The translations under genes were made by a program, and so were the position numbers. 64,000 nt of DNA, taken from an uncultured delta proteobacterium. Lineage in GTDB: Bacteria; Desulfobacterota; Desulfobaccia; Desulfobaccales; 0-14-0-80-60-11. Shown here in pieces: positions 33,420 through 42,973 of the stretch. Positions within the stretch are counted from its first letter, which is position 1. Each line of letters opens with the position of its first letter. The notes under the pieces are model-generated. The model did not search any database. It was not told the DNA's origin and saw only the letters and a list, made by a program, of their open reading frames with translations. The DNA lies in NCBI GenBank assembly GCA_963812015.1, contig CAWETI010000003.1:64001-128000 (forward strand), read 5' to 3'.

Positions 33420-35525
33420 CTATTTATCCACAATTTTGGTCACCGTGACAAAATGCTCCTGCAAGGCCATGGCGCCGCCGGCCGGATCCCACCTGCCCAG
33501 GCCCCCGGACATGAAGGCTTGGTCGGCCACCCCTTTGCCCAGGGCCCGGCTCTCCACCGGGAGGGTATGCCCGAAGCCGTGGACCATGAAGACCGCGTCG
33601 GGATGGATCAGGTCGGTCACCTTGGCTTTCATCCTGCCCCGGTGGCCGTTGCTGGCGACTTCCACCTCTTCCCCGTCGCTGATCATCAATGCCTCCGCTT
33701 TTTGCCGGTTGATCCACAGGACGTTTTCCGGCATCATCTCCGCCAGGAGAATATTATTGACGGTGTGCCCCTGGGTGTGCACGGCGCAGCGCCCGAAGGT
33801 CAGGCGGAATTGCCCCGGACCGGGCGCCGCCGGGGATGCATAGGGCAGCAGGGACGGCACCCCGGCGTTTTCCCACCGGTCGTTGATGACCTCAATCTCG
33901 CCGGAAGGGGTCTTGAAGGTGAGGTCCTCCCGGGAGCGGTACTTCGGCTCCTCGGCCAACGGCACCATGCCCGTAGCCTGAAAATCCGCCATGGTGACCC
34001 CGGTGCCCTGGAGCTGATACTTCCAGATATCTTCAATGGCGTCGAAGGCCAGGGGTGCGAGGTCCAGGCGGCGCGCCAGCCCCCCGAGAATCTCCCAATC
34101 CGCCCGGGTGTCGAACGCCGGGTTCACGGCCCGCTGGCGCAGAAAAAAGTAAGGCTTGAGGCCATTTTTGCAGGCCAGGATACTCTCCCGCTCCAGGTAG
34201 GGGGACAGGGGCAGAACCACATCGGAGTACCAGGCCGTGTCGGACCAACTGAAGGTGACGGACACCAGGAGGTCCAGCCGGTCAAAGATCTTTTTCAGGG
34301 CCTCCGGGTCCGGATAAGCCATGAGAGGATCATGGCGGTAGGCGATGTAAGCCTTGACGGGATACGGGTCCTCCGAGGCGATGGCCTGGAAGGCCAGGTG
34401 CAGCAAACCCGGGCCGCGGTCAAAATGGGGATATCGCCATCCCACGCCGTCGGCACGCTTTTCCGCCAGCTTGGGGAACAGGTCCGCCAGCTTTTTGAGG
34501 CCTTTATGCCCCACGTCGCCGGGCTTATTGGCGATGGGCAGCCCACCTTTGGCCCCGATACTGCCCAGCAGGGCATTGATCAGGTAGGCGGTCCGGGATT
34601 GGTAAAAGGAGTTCCGGTACCGGGCGTTCATCCAGCCGGGGTGCCAGATGACCGCGGGGCTGGCCGCGGCCAGGTCCCGGGTGAACCGGCTGATCTCGGC
34701 GGCGTCGATCCCGGTCTCGGCTGCGGCCCACTCCGGAGTGTACGGCTTCACGAACAACGCCAATTTGTCGAGATCCTTGATGCAGCGATGGGCAAATTCT
34801 CCATCATAGAGCTTGTGGGCCAGCAGTTCGTGGATGATCGCCAGGTTCAAGGCATAATCCGTGCCGGGGCGGATAAGAAAGAATCGGTCCGCCTTGGTGG
34901 CCGAAATGTTGGCCCGGATGTCAATGACCGACAGTTTGCACCCTCTGGCCATGCCCTCGATCAGGTCGTTGACCTCTTTAACGTTAATGGCCTCAAAGAT
35001 ATTGCGGGTCTGGAGGACCACGTGCCGGGCATTTTTATAGTCATAGACCACCTCGTTACGCCCGCCCCCTAAGACGGAGAGGGCGGCGTGGTGGACATTG
35101 CGGGCGCACGCCGAATCATGGTTGCAATAATTGGGCGACCCCACCCCCCGGAGGAAGGCCTGGTGCAGATCCCGGAAGGGACCGCCCCGGTCGGAGAAGA
35201 GCACGGTTCTGGCCCCGTACTTGCCCATGGCTTCTTTGAGCCGAGCCGCGGTGTAATCCAGGGCTTCCTCCCAGCCGGCCTGGCGCCACTTGCCTTCGCC
35301 CCTGGCGCCGGTGCGGATCAGGGGATATTGGGGCCGCTCGTTATCTTCGATGAGGGCCGTGCCCGCTCCCCCCCGGGCACAGAGGGCTCCTTCCAGCCCC
35401 GCCGCATGGGGATTCCCCTGGACAAACTTGACGCGGTTGCCCGCCACTTCCACCTGGATGGGGCACCGCACAGTACACATGCCGCAGATGCTGTAGACCT
35501 GCTTGCCGGTCAATTGATTCTCCAC
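33420..35525 (-). CDS. Molybdopterin oxidoreductase, PsrA/PhsA-like catalytic subunit without Tat signal
   Basis: CGMCTVRC...LCARG FS0 motif, HDSAC Mo/W ligand, IRPGTD, DVVLP..YLER, C-terminal GRCAVHTQ and HGFGH. Confidence 0.88.
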   Translation of the reverse strand: MENQLTGKQVYSICGMCTVRCPIQVEVAGNRVKFVQGNPHAAGLEGALCARGGAGTALIEDNERPQYPLIRTGARGEGKWRQAGWEEALDYTAARLKEAMGKYGARTVLFSDRGGPFRDLHQAFLRGVGSPNYCNHDSACARNVHHAALSVLGGGRNEVVYDYKNARHVVLQTRNIFEAINVKEVNDLIEGMARGCKLSVIDIRANISATKADRFFLIRPGTDYALNLAIIHELLAHKLYDGEFAHRCIKDLDKLALFVKPYTPEWAAAETGIDAAEISRFTRDLAAASPAVIWHPGWMNARYRNSFYQSRTAYLINALLGSIGAKGGLPIANKPGDVGHKGLKKLADLFPKLAEKRADGVGWRYPHFDRGPGLLHLAFQAIASEDPYPVKAYIAYRHDPLMAYPDPEALKKIFDRLDLLVSVTFSWSDTAWYSDVVLPLSPYLERESILACKNGLKPYFFLRQRAVNPAFDTRADWEILGGLARRLDLAPLAFDAIEDIWKYQLQGTGVTMADFQATGMVPLAEEPKYRSREDLTFKTPSGEIEVINDRWENAGVPSLLPYASPAAPGPGQFRLTFGRCAVHTQGHTVNNILLAEMMPENVLWINRQKAEALMISDGEEVEVASNGHRGRMKAKVTDLIHPDAVFMVHGFGHTLPVESRALGKGVADQAFMSGGLGRWDPAGGAMALQEHFVTVTKIVDK

Positions 35526-35588
35526 CTATGGTCTTAAGATAAGATCGGGATAGACGTTCTCGTTTTATCCTTAACGGTTCAGGCCAGG

Positions 35589-36446
35589 TTATTGGTCATA
35601 CTGCCGGGCATAGGCCGCATCATTATAGAGCCCCTCGCCGTACCGATCCCGGCCATAATCCTGGATGATCTTTTGGCCCTGGGGGGAGGCCACAAAGGCG
35701 ATGAACTTGCCCGCCAGCGCCGCCCCGGGGGTGGCCCCGGCCGGCTGGCAGAGGGCGTTGTAAGTATTGACCAGCATCTTATCACCCTGATACAGGATCT
35801 TGAGGTTGGGCGCCGCCTTTTTTTCCGCCACCCAGGTGCTGCTGTCCACCATGAAATAGCCCTTTTCCTGATCGGCCCGTTTTAAGGTGGCGGTCATGAA
35901 ATCCTTGGTGACGATGTACCAGTCTCCTCCGGGTTTGATGCCGGCTTCTTTCCAGATGTGCAGTTCTTTTTTGTGAGTGCCGGAATTGTCCCCCCGGGAA
36001 AAAAACTTGGCCTGGGCGTTGGCGATACGGCGGTAAGCCTCCAGGGCGCTCTTGGCTTCGGCAATCCTGGCCGGATCGCTGGCCGGGCCGACGAGAAAGA
36101 ACTCATTGGAGCCGATGAGGGTGCGGTCGGTGGCCCAGCCCTCCCGCACCGCCTGCTGCTCGGCTGCGGGGGCATGGACCATGATCATGTCCACTTTCTT
36201 ATCCTTGAGCAATTGGAGAGACTCTCCCGAACCGGCTTTAATCCACTGCAGGGTAATCCGCCCCTGCATGGCCTTATCGAACCCTGCCGCCAGGGCCTCC
36301 AGCAGTCCCAACTCCCCCGGGCTGCCGGTGGCCAGGGTAAATTTCTCCTGGCCCTGGCCATACACGCCGTGGTAAGGGGCCGCAGCCGCGGTGAACGACC
36401 CCAGGCAAAACAGCCCCACCACCATTACCAGGATTTTCTTGGTCAT
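35589..36446 (-). CDS. Second TupA-like (PBP_like) substrate-binding protein
   Basis: Signal peptide; ATGSPGELGL, VHAP, SNEF, SRGDNSGTH. Start follows GGAGG RBS. Confidence 0.82.
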   Translation of the reverse strand: MTKKILVMVVGLFCLGSFTAAAAPYHGVYGQGQEKFTLATGSPGELGLLEALAAGFDKAMQGRITLQWIKAGSGESLQLLKDKKVDMIMVHAPAAEQQAVREGWATDRTLIGSNEFFLVGPASDPARIAEAKSALEAYRRIANAQAKFFSRGDNSGTHKKELHIWKEAGIKPGGDWYIVTKDFMTATLKRADQEKGYFMVDSSTWVAEKKAAPNLKILYQGDKMLVNTYNALCQPAGATPGAALAGKFIAFVASPQGQKIIQDYGRDRYGEGLYNDAAYARQYDQ

Positions 36447-37073
36447 ACCCTTCCTCCAGCTAGCGGAGAATTTTACGGTTTCTCCTGTCGCTATTCTTTT
36501 CAACAAATATCCAGCGGCAAAAAAAATGGTCCTGGCCATAAACCTGCCGGGGCCTTCGCCACTCCCGGAAGGGGCCCATCAGGCGCTAAAACCGGGCCAG
36601 GGCCGTGCCCCGGCCATGGTCGATTTTTTCTAGCCATGGCCTTATTTTTTCTAAAAAATAGCCAAAAATTCACCAAAAACCAAGGTTTTTTTCTCCCGGT
36701 TGCCAAACTGAAATTATTGAGATAAATTAAAAATTAATCTCTCCAGATCCCGTCGGCATCTTCTTCTTAACACCTCCAGGACAACCATACTCTTAAACTA
36801 TAGGAAACCGGGTCATGGGGGGCCGTTGCTGCCGGCGCCTCATACGAGCCTCAAGGGCAGGGAAAAGAGGAAGATTTTGCTTGACTTTATTTCGCTTATA
36901 AGCTGATTATATTGAAATATCAAAAGATTTGGGGGGGGAGCCCCGGTCCGGCCAGCATCCTTGGGGGAGGGCAGGCCTACGCGGGCCTGGGCAACATGGA
37001 CGCGCCGCCGCAAGCATTTCTGCAGATTCAACTTTTCCCCTGAACCCCCGATCTATAACGGTAGAGGAAAATT

Positions 37074-39881
37074 TTGCCTCAGCGTCACAAATTCAAATCA
37101 TCCTGTGTCTCATTGATGCGGGGCTTTAGACTGTGCGCCTGGCCCATCCTGGCCATCGCCGTGGTTTTGGCCGTGGCGTCAGTTTACTATACCTATACCC
37201 ATCTGGCGATTCACACCAGCCGCAACGACCTGGTCGCCAGTGACCAGCACCTGGTCCAACAGACCGAAATAATGGACAAGGCCTTTGGCGGCCGTGATGG
37301 GATGGTGGTGGTGGTGGAGAACGGCCATCCTAAGCGGGCCGTCAAGTTCGCCGATGACCTGGCCGCCGAGTTGCGGCGCTATCCGGACTCCTTTCCCGAG
37401 CTTTTCTATCAAATCAACCCGGAGAGATTCAAACCCTCGGCCCTGCTCTATCTGGACCTCAAGGATCTCAACAAGATCAAAACCAGTCTCCTGGCACAGC
37501 ATAACCTGTTGTCGGGCCTGGCCGCCAACCCGCGCCTGACCACCTTTTACCAGTTGGTGAATGACCAGATGGCCCGGGCGATGGTCGGCGAGGTCTTCAC
37601 CGGGTTCCTGGCAGAAACGCCCAAGGAGGAGCTGCCGGACCTCTCCCTGTTGAACGCTTCCCTCCGGGGCCTCTCTGCCAGTCTGGAGGGCAAAAAGCCA
37701 GAGAATTCTCTGTTTAGTGGATTTTTCCCCAAGGAGTTAAGTGACTTAGAGGAAACCGGTTATTTTTTTACTGACAATGACAAGTTCCTCTTGTTCCTGG
37801 TGACGCCGGCCGGCGACGGGTACGCCACCCGCAGCAAAGACCTGGCTCTCCTGCGCCAAGTGGTGGAGCGGGTCAAAACCCGGTACCCCGGACTCCAGGC
37901 GGGGGTGACCGGCCCCGACGCCCTGGAAGCCGACGAAATGAGCAGTTCCATGCAAGACATCACCCTGGCCACCTGGTTGTCCCTGCTGGGCCAGATGGGA
38001 CTGCTGATCCTGTTTTTCCGCAGTCTGAGACGCCCCCTGGTGGAGGGGGCGGTCCTGATTCTGGGTCTGTGTTGGACCTTCGGATTGGTCACCTTGGTGG
38101 TGGGCCACCTCAACCTCCTCTCCCTGATCTTCGCGCCGCTTATGCTGGGCCTCACCATCGACTACGGCGTCCATTGGTTTTGCCGCCTGGAGGAAGAGGA
38201 AGCCGCGGTGGGCCACTGCAGTACCAATGTCTTGGCCAGCACCTTTCGACGCTCGGCCCCGGGGATTGTCTATGCGGGATTGGCCGCCGTGGTTTCCTTT
38301 GTGCCCCTGGCTTTCGTGGGCTTCAAGGGCCTGGCGGAATTGGGTCTGATCCTCGCCATGGGGATCCTGGTAATGCTGGTGGCCACCCTGGTCCTGGTGC
38401 CGGCCCTGGTGAGCATTACGGAAAAATGTCCACCTAGTGAATCTTGCGAGTATCCCCCGCCTCGCCCCAAGCCGTTCCTGCACCTGCATTGGCGCCGGCC
38501 CGGCCTGATGGTGGCGCTGGGGTTGGTGGTCACCGCCCTGGGCGGCCTCAGCCTGTACTACGTGCCCTTCGACTTGAATCCTCTGCATCTGCAGAATCCC
38601 ACCACCGAATCGGTGGTGTGGGAATACAAGCTGATTCAGGATTCCAAATATTCCACCTCCTATGGCGCCCTGGCCACCGCCTCCGTCAAGGAACTGGAGG
38701 CCCGGATCGAGGCCCTGAAAAGCCTGCCCACGGTCTCTCATGTGGAGTCGATCCTCTCTTTTCTCCCCCAACAGGTGGCCGAAAAACGTCAGATCATCCG
38801 GCAGATACTGCCGGAACTGAATGCCCTCACCTTCCCCCGGGCCCCGGCGGGACCCTCTGATCCCCAGAGGCTGGCTACGATCTTGAGCCGGATCAATTTT
38901 AAAATGGCCGAGGCCGCCAAGAATTTCGAAAAAGAGCAGGCGGCCACCAAGGAGCAGGTTGAGGAAACCCACCGGCTCATTAACCAGATCATTCCGCGGC
39001 TCCAGGCCCAGGACCCCCAAACGGCCAGCCGCCTTGAGGATTATAGCCAGTATTTTTTCTCGGATCTCAGAGATACCTGGGACTTGTTTAGGGGTTTTGC
39101 GGAATCGGGGCTGACCGCGCCGCCCCCCACCCTGCCGGATTTGCCCCAATCGGTGCGGCAGCGCTTCATCAGCCCCCAGGACACCTATCTCATCCGGGTT
39201 TTTCCCTCTGAAGACACCTGGAATTTTGTCCCCCTGAAACGGTTTGTCAAGAGCCTCTGGGGTGTCGACCCCAATGCCGTGGGCGACCCGGTGCTCCTCT
39301 ATACCTTTACCCTGGGGTTCCGTAATTCCATCCTTTGGGCGGCGGGCATGGCCCTGTTGGCCATTGCCGTCATGCTGGCGCTCTTATTCCGCAGCCTGAA
39401 AATGGCCATGCTGGCCCTCATCCCCCTAGTGGCGGGCACCGGCCTGACCGTCTGCATGATGTGGTTGCTGAAACTCCCCTTCAATCAGGCCAACGTGCTC
39501 TTCGTGCCATTGGTGCTGGGGGAGGGGATTGAATTCGGGATCATCATTCTGGCCCGATGGCAGCTGGAGGAATCGGCCCGGGCCATTACCCTGCCCGCCA
39601 GCACCGCCAAAGGGGTGGCCCTGGCGGCCTTGACCACCACCCTGGGGTTCGGCAGTTTGATGGTTTCGGGGCACGAGGGCACCTTCAGCCTGGGACTCCT
39701 GGCCACCGTGGGCAGCCTCAGTGTGCTCCTGGCTTCTTTAAGCATCCTGCCGGCCTTCCTCCGCTTGGTGGAAAGAGGCTACAGTCGTCAACCCGCGTTC
39801 CGGCCTTACCCTAGCCTGGGACGATGGGTAAATAATATGATAAGGAAAAAAGCCGATGAAAAAACCGCTCTGGATCATTAG
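37074..39881 (+). CDS. hpnN: MMPL/RND transporter, hopanoid-associated HpnN-like
   Basis: Two TM bundles (GLTIDYGVH, TTTLGFGSL), LNPLHLQNP.TESV; directly upstream of an HpnM/MlaC-like gene. Start uncertain. Confidence 0.75.
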   Translation: MPQRHKFKSSCVSLMRGFRLCAWPILAIAVVLAVASVYYTYTHLAIHTSRNDLVASDQHLVQQTEIMDKAFGGRDGMVVVVENGHPKRAVKFADDLAAELRRYPDSFPELFYQINPERFKPSALLYLDLKDLNKIKTSLLAQHNLLSGLAANPRLTTFYQLVNDQMARAMVGEVFTGFLAETPKEELPDLSLLNASLRGLSASLEGKKPENSLFSGFFPKELSDLEETGYFFTDNDKFLLFLVTPAGDGYATRSKDLALLRQVVERVKTRYPGLQAGVTGPDALEADEMSSSMQDITLATWLSLLGQMGLLILFFRSLRRPLVEGAVLILGLCWTFGLVTLVVGHLNLLSLIFAPLMLGLTIDYGVHWFCRLEEEEAAVGHCSTNVLASTFRRSAPGIVYAGLAAVVSFVPLAFVGFKGLAELGLILAMGILVMLVATLVLVPALVSITEKCPPSESCEYPPPRPKPFLHLHWRRPGLMVALGLVVTALGGLSLYYVPFDLNPLHLQNPTTESVVWEYKLIQDSKYSTSYGALATASVKELEARIEALKSLPTVSHVESILSFLPQQVAEKRQIIRQILPELNALTFPRAPAGPSDPQRLATILSRINFKMAEAAKNFEKEQAATKEQVEETHRLINQIIPRLQAQDPQTASRLEDYSQYFFSDLRDTWDLFRGFAESGLTAPPPTLPDLPQSVRQRFISPQDTYLIRVFPSEDTWNFVPLKRFVKSLWGVDPNAVGDPVLLYTFTLGFRNSILWAAGMALLAIAVMLALLFRSLKMAMLALIPLVAGTGLTVCMMWLLKLPFNQANVLFVPLVLGEGIEFGIIILARWQLEESARAITLPASTAKGVALAALTTTLGFGSLMVSGHEGTFSLGLLATVGSLSVLLASLSILPAFLRLVERGYSRQPAFRPYPSLGRWVNNMIRKKADEKTALDH

Positions 39882-40446
39882 CCTGGCCCTGGCCGCTGGT
39901 TGCATGTGGATCATGCCTGCGGGAGCGGAAACCCCTACGGGTTATATCCGGAGTATCTTGGACAAGGTGATGGCCATCCAAAATGACCCGGCCCTGGCCG
40001 GCCAGGCCCGGGCCCAGGCCGTTCACAAGGTCATTGAGCAGAGCTTCGATTTTACCCTGATGGCCAAAGACTCCCTGGGGGAGACCTATGGTCGCCTTAG
40101 CAATGGCCAACGCCAGGAATTTACCCGCACCTTCAGCTACCTGTTCCAGGATTCCTACACCCGCCTGGTCCTCAACTTCCTGAAAAAGGAAAACATCCAA
40201 TACGGCCAGGAACGCCCGGAAGGCAACGGAACCCGGGTGGACACCACCATCGTCCGCACCAATGAAAACATTCCGGTGGCTTACTTGATGCGCCAGGCTC
40301 CCCAGGGGTGGCTGCTCTTCGACGTCATTGTGGATGGGGTGAGCATCCTCCACAACTACAAGACCCAGTTCGCCCAGGTCATCCAAACCAAGTCATTTGA
40401 TTTTCTCCTCAATAAACTGGAAGAACAGCGCCGGGCCATTCAATAG
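39856..40446 (+). CDS. MlaC/Ttg2D (HpnM-like) periplasmic lipid-binding protein
   Basis: Signal peptide, FDFTLMAKDSLG, DVIVDGVS...YKTQF. Confidence 0.85.
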   Translation: MKKPLWIISLALAAGCMWIMPAGAETPTGYIRSILDKVMAIQNDPALAGQARAQAVHKVIEQSFDFTLMAKDSLGETYGRLSNGQRQEFTRTFSYLFQDSYTRLVLNFLKKENIQYGQERPEGNGTRVDTTIVRTNENIPVAYLMRQAPQGWLLFDVIVDGVSILHNYKTQFAQVIQTKSFDFLLNKLEEQRRAIQ

Positions 40447-40459
40447 CCGTTGGAAGGCC

Positions 40460-40514
40460 ATAGGGACGTGATGGATCACGCCCCAAAAGGGCGCACACAC
40501 GGGTGCGCCCCTAC
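40460..40514. repeat. REP doublet (related copy 47123-47182)
   Basis: TAGGGACGTGAT..ATCACGCCCC + GGGCGCACacacgGGTGCGCCCCTAC. Confidence 0.6.
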
Positions 40515-40792
40515 GTTCAATTCCTTCTTTTTTGCATGCAACCCAGGACAAAATGGCTTGTAGTTGCGCTCGAACCGTGACACCTAAAGTCCATCACCCC
40601 CGGCTTACCTAAATTTGCTCAGCAGATTCCATCGGCAGTCCCGGCATCCTCCCGCCTGAGCCCCGCAATCTTAACAATTATTAATTTTAATATAACACAT
40701 GTTAACCAAAGTCGTTAATTGGGTAGACGCGGGAAAAGGGGGCAGAGATATATTACCAAGAAAAACAGTCGGTTTTATGTTGCAGATTAGGC

Positions 40793-40808
40793 TGGCACCT
40801 TTTTTGCT
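40793..40808 (+). promoter_or_regulatory. Sigma54 (-24/-12) promoter of the tusA-hdr operon
   Basis: TGGCAC-CTTTT-TTGCT with exact GG-N10-GC spacing, about 75 bp upstream of tusA, preceded by an AT-rich palindromic UAS-like region (40671-40720). Confidence 0.85.
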
Positions 40809-40883
40809 TAACATAAAATGCAGATAAGATCAGCCGCCGGCACGGGGTGGCCGGACCATTCAAGGCTCAAAAGGAGAACCACC

Positions 40884-41138
40884 ATGTCTGACGTCGATCT
40901 GACCACGATCAAAGCCGCCAACGTAGTGGATGCCCGGGGCAGCGCCTGTCCCGGCCCTTTGCTTGAAGCCAAAAAGGGAATCGGCAAGGTGAAAGTGGGC
41001 GAAGTGCTGGAAGTGCTTTCCAATGATGCCGGCACCAAAGAAGACGTTCCCATCTGGGCCAAGAAGGTGGGACACGATTATCTCGGGTTCCTCCCCGCCG
41101 ACGGGTATGACCGGATCTTCGTGGTTCGGAAAAAGTAA
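40884..41138 (+). CDS. tusA: TusA-family sulfurtransferase
   Basis: VDARGSACPGPL (CPxP), GEVLEVLSNDAG, W..KVGH; AAGGAG RBS. Confidence 0.88.
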   Translation: MSDVDLTTIKAANVVDARGSACPGPLLEAKKGIGKVKVGEVLEVLSNDAGTKEDVPIWAKKVGHDYLGFLPADGYDRIFVVRKK

Positions 41139-41150
41139 GCCAGAACTGCC

Positions 41151-41585
41151 ATGGCAGCCCAGCAACCTCCAGGGAAAATCTTGATTTTGGCGACGGAAAG
41201 TTGCGCCTATCCCGGGGCTGACGCCGTGGGGCAGGCGCACCAGAGTTATCCGGCCAACGCCTATATCCTCAAGGTCAGAGCCCCGGTGCTTTTCCCGGAG
41301 CAGTTTTATCTGGACTGTTTTGCCAAGGGTATTGCCGGCATCATCATCATGTCCTGCGGTGTGGAGTGTCCCTATGAAGGCGCTTATGACGGCCTGGCCA
41401 AGCGCATCGACCGGGTCTACGTCCTGATGAAAGAACGGGGCCTGGACATCCGCCGCCTCAGGCTTACCTCCATCTGCACGGTGTGCACCCGGGCCTTTAT
41501 CAAAGAAGTCAACCTGATGAACGAAGTGGTGGCGGAATTGGGCCCCCCCGGCGCCGAACGCGCGAGGGCGGCCAACCTGGCCTGA
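41151..41585 (+). CDS. MvhD/FlpD-like iron-sulfur subunit (divergent)
   Basis: CAYPGAD..G...Y, GIAGIIIMSC..ECPY, GLDIRRLRL match the MvhD layout. Confidence 0.75.
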   Translation: MAAQQPPGKILILATESCAYPGADAVGQAHQSYPANAYILKVRAPVLFPEQFYLDCFAKGIAGIIIMSCGVECPYEGAYDGLAKRIDRVYVLMKERGLDIRRLRLTSICTVCTRAFIKEVNLMNEVVAELGPPGAERARAANLA

Positions 41586-41640
41586 GGCCGCGCCCGGCCT
41601 AACGTGTTAGTAAGCACCGCAACCTCCCAGGAGAACAGTA

Positions 41641-42951
41641 ATGGGTCCACAACGTGTGGTTCAAGTTGAGGCGCTGGTCATCGGCGGCGGGATTGCCGGA
41701 TTGGAGGCGGCCCTGAACCTGGCCGAGCAAGATTTTGCCGTCGCCGTGGTGGAAAAGGATGCCTCCATCGGGGGCAAGATGATCCGGCTCTCCAAAGTCT
41801 TCCCCACCCTGGATTGCGCCAGCTGCATTACCACCCCGAAAATGGCGGCCGCGGCCCATCATCCCAATATTACCCTGTTTACCTACTGCGATCTCCACTC
41901 CCTGGAGCGGCAAGGGGACACCCTGGTGGCCGCGATCCGCCAAAAACCCCGGTATGTGGACGAAGGCAAGTGCATCGGCTGCCGGCAGTGCGAGTATGCC
42001 TGCCCAGTTCACGTCCCCGACGCCGACCAGGGGGGCTTTCTGGCCCGCAAGGCCATTTATATCCCTTTTTCCAATGCCATTCCGCCCATCGCCCTCCTGG
42101 ACGTGGAGCATTGCATGCTCTGCGGCCAATGCGAGAGGGTCTGTCCAACCCAAGCCGTCAATTATTTTCAGGAGCCGGAGGATTTTTTCATCACCGCCAA
42201 AACCGCCATCGTGGCCACCGGTTTTGAGCTGACCCCCCTTGCGAACAAGGTCCAGTACGGCCAGGGCAAGATCCCCAACGTGTTGACGGCCCTCCAGATG
42301 GAACGTCACCTGGCCCCCCATGGGCCCTATAACCGGGTGCTCAGGCCCTCTGACGGCAAGGAGCCGGATTCCGTGGCCTTCGTGCAGTGCGCCGGTTCCC
42401 GGGACCAGAGCCTGGGGGTGGCCTACTGTTCCCGGGTGTGCTGCATGTATGCCATCAAACAGGCCATGCTCCTGTCCGGGTCTTTGCCCCTGGCGGATAT
42501 CACCATCTACTACCTGGACATCCGGGCCTTTGGCAAAGGGTACGAGCAGTTCTTTCAGAACGCCCAGGCCATGGGCATTGCTTTCGTGAAGGGGAAAGTG
42601 GCTTTCCTCGACCCCGGCCCCGACGGCTCGGTGCTGCTGCATTACGAATCTCAGGAGGCCGACGGCGGCGTGAGTGTAGCCGAACATGATCTGGTGGTGC
42701 TGTCCCTGGGAATGTTACCGGGCTGGCAGCCGGCAAGTGTTTGCGCCCTGGGGACCGGGCCGGACCACTTCATTAAAACCGTGAAGCCCAAAATCGCCCC
42801 CACCTTAACCGACCTGGAAGGGGTGTTTGTGGCCGGCGCGGCGGCAGGGCCTAAAGATATCGTCGACAGCATTGTGGAAGCCGGGGCCGCGGCGATGGAA
42901 GCTTCCCGCTACCTGACCGGGGCAGGCCCGACCAAACGGGCGGTGGCGTGA
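41641..42951 (+). CDS. hdrA: HdrA-family flavoprotein (short form with inserted ferredoxin)
   Basis: IGGGIAG, FPTLDCASC, CIGCRQC..CP and CMLCGQC..CP, QCAGSRD..YCSRVCC, DIRAFGK, GPKDI. Confidence 0.88.
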   Translation: MGPQRVVQVEALVIGGGIAGLEAALNLAEQDFAVAVVEKDASIGGKMIRLSKVFPTLDCASCITTPKMAAAAHHPNITLFTYCDLHSLERQGDTLVAAIRQKPRYVDEGKCIGCRQCEYACPVHVPDADQGGFLARKAIYIPFSNAIPPIALLDVEHCMLCGQCERVCPTQAVNYFQEPEDFFITAKTAIVATGFELTPLANKVQYGQGKIPNVLTALQMERHLAPHGPYNRVLRPSDGKEPDSVAFVQCAGSRDQSLGVAYCSRVCCMYAIKQAMLLSGSLPLADITIYYLDIRAFGKGYEQFFQNAQAMGIAFVKGKVAFLDPGPDGSVLLHYESQEADGGVSVAEHDLVVLSLGMLPGWQPASVCALGTGPDHFIKTVKPKIAPTLTDLEGVFVAGAAAGPKDIVDSIVEAGAAAMEASRYLTGAGPTKRAVA

Positions 42952-42973
42952 AGCCATGAGGGGAGATGCAGGC

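Noticed and set aside
36612..36660. Palindromes GGCCATGG..CCATGGCC and TATTTTTT-CT-AAAAAATA upstream of the tup operon as a regulator site
   Set aside because: No second copy in the window and no correctly spaced sigma54 promoter found, so the support is insufficient.
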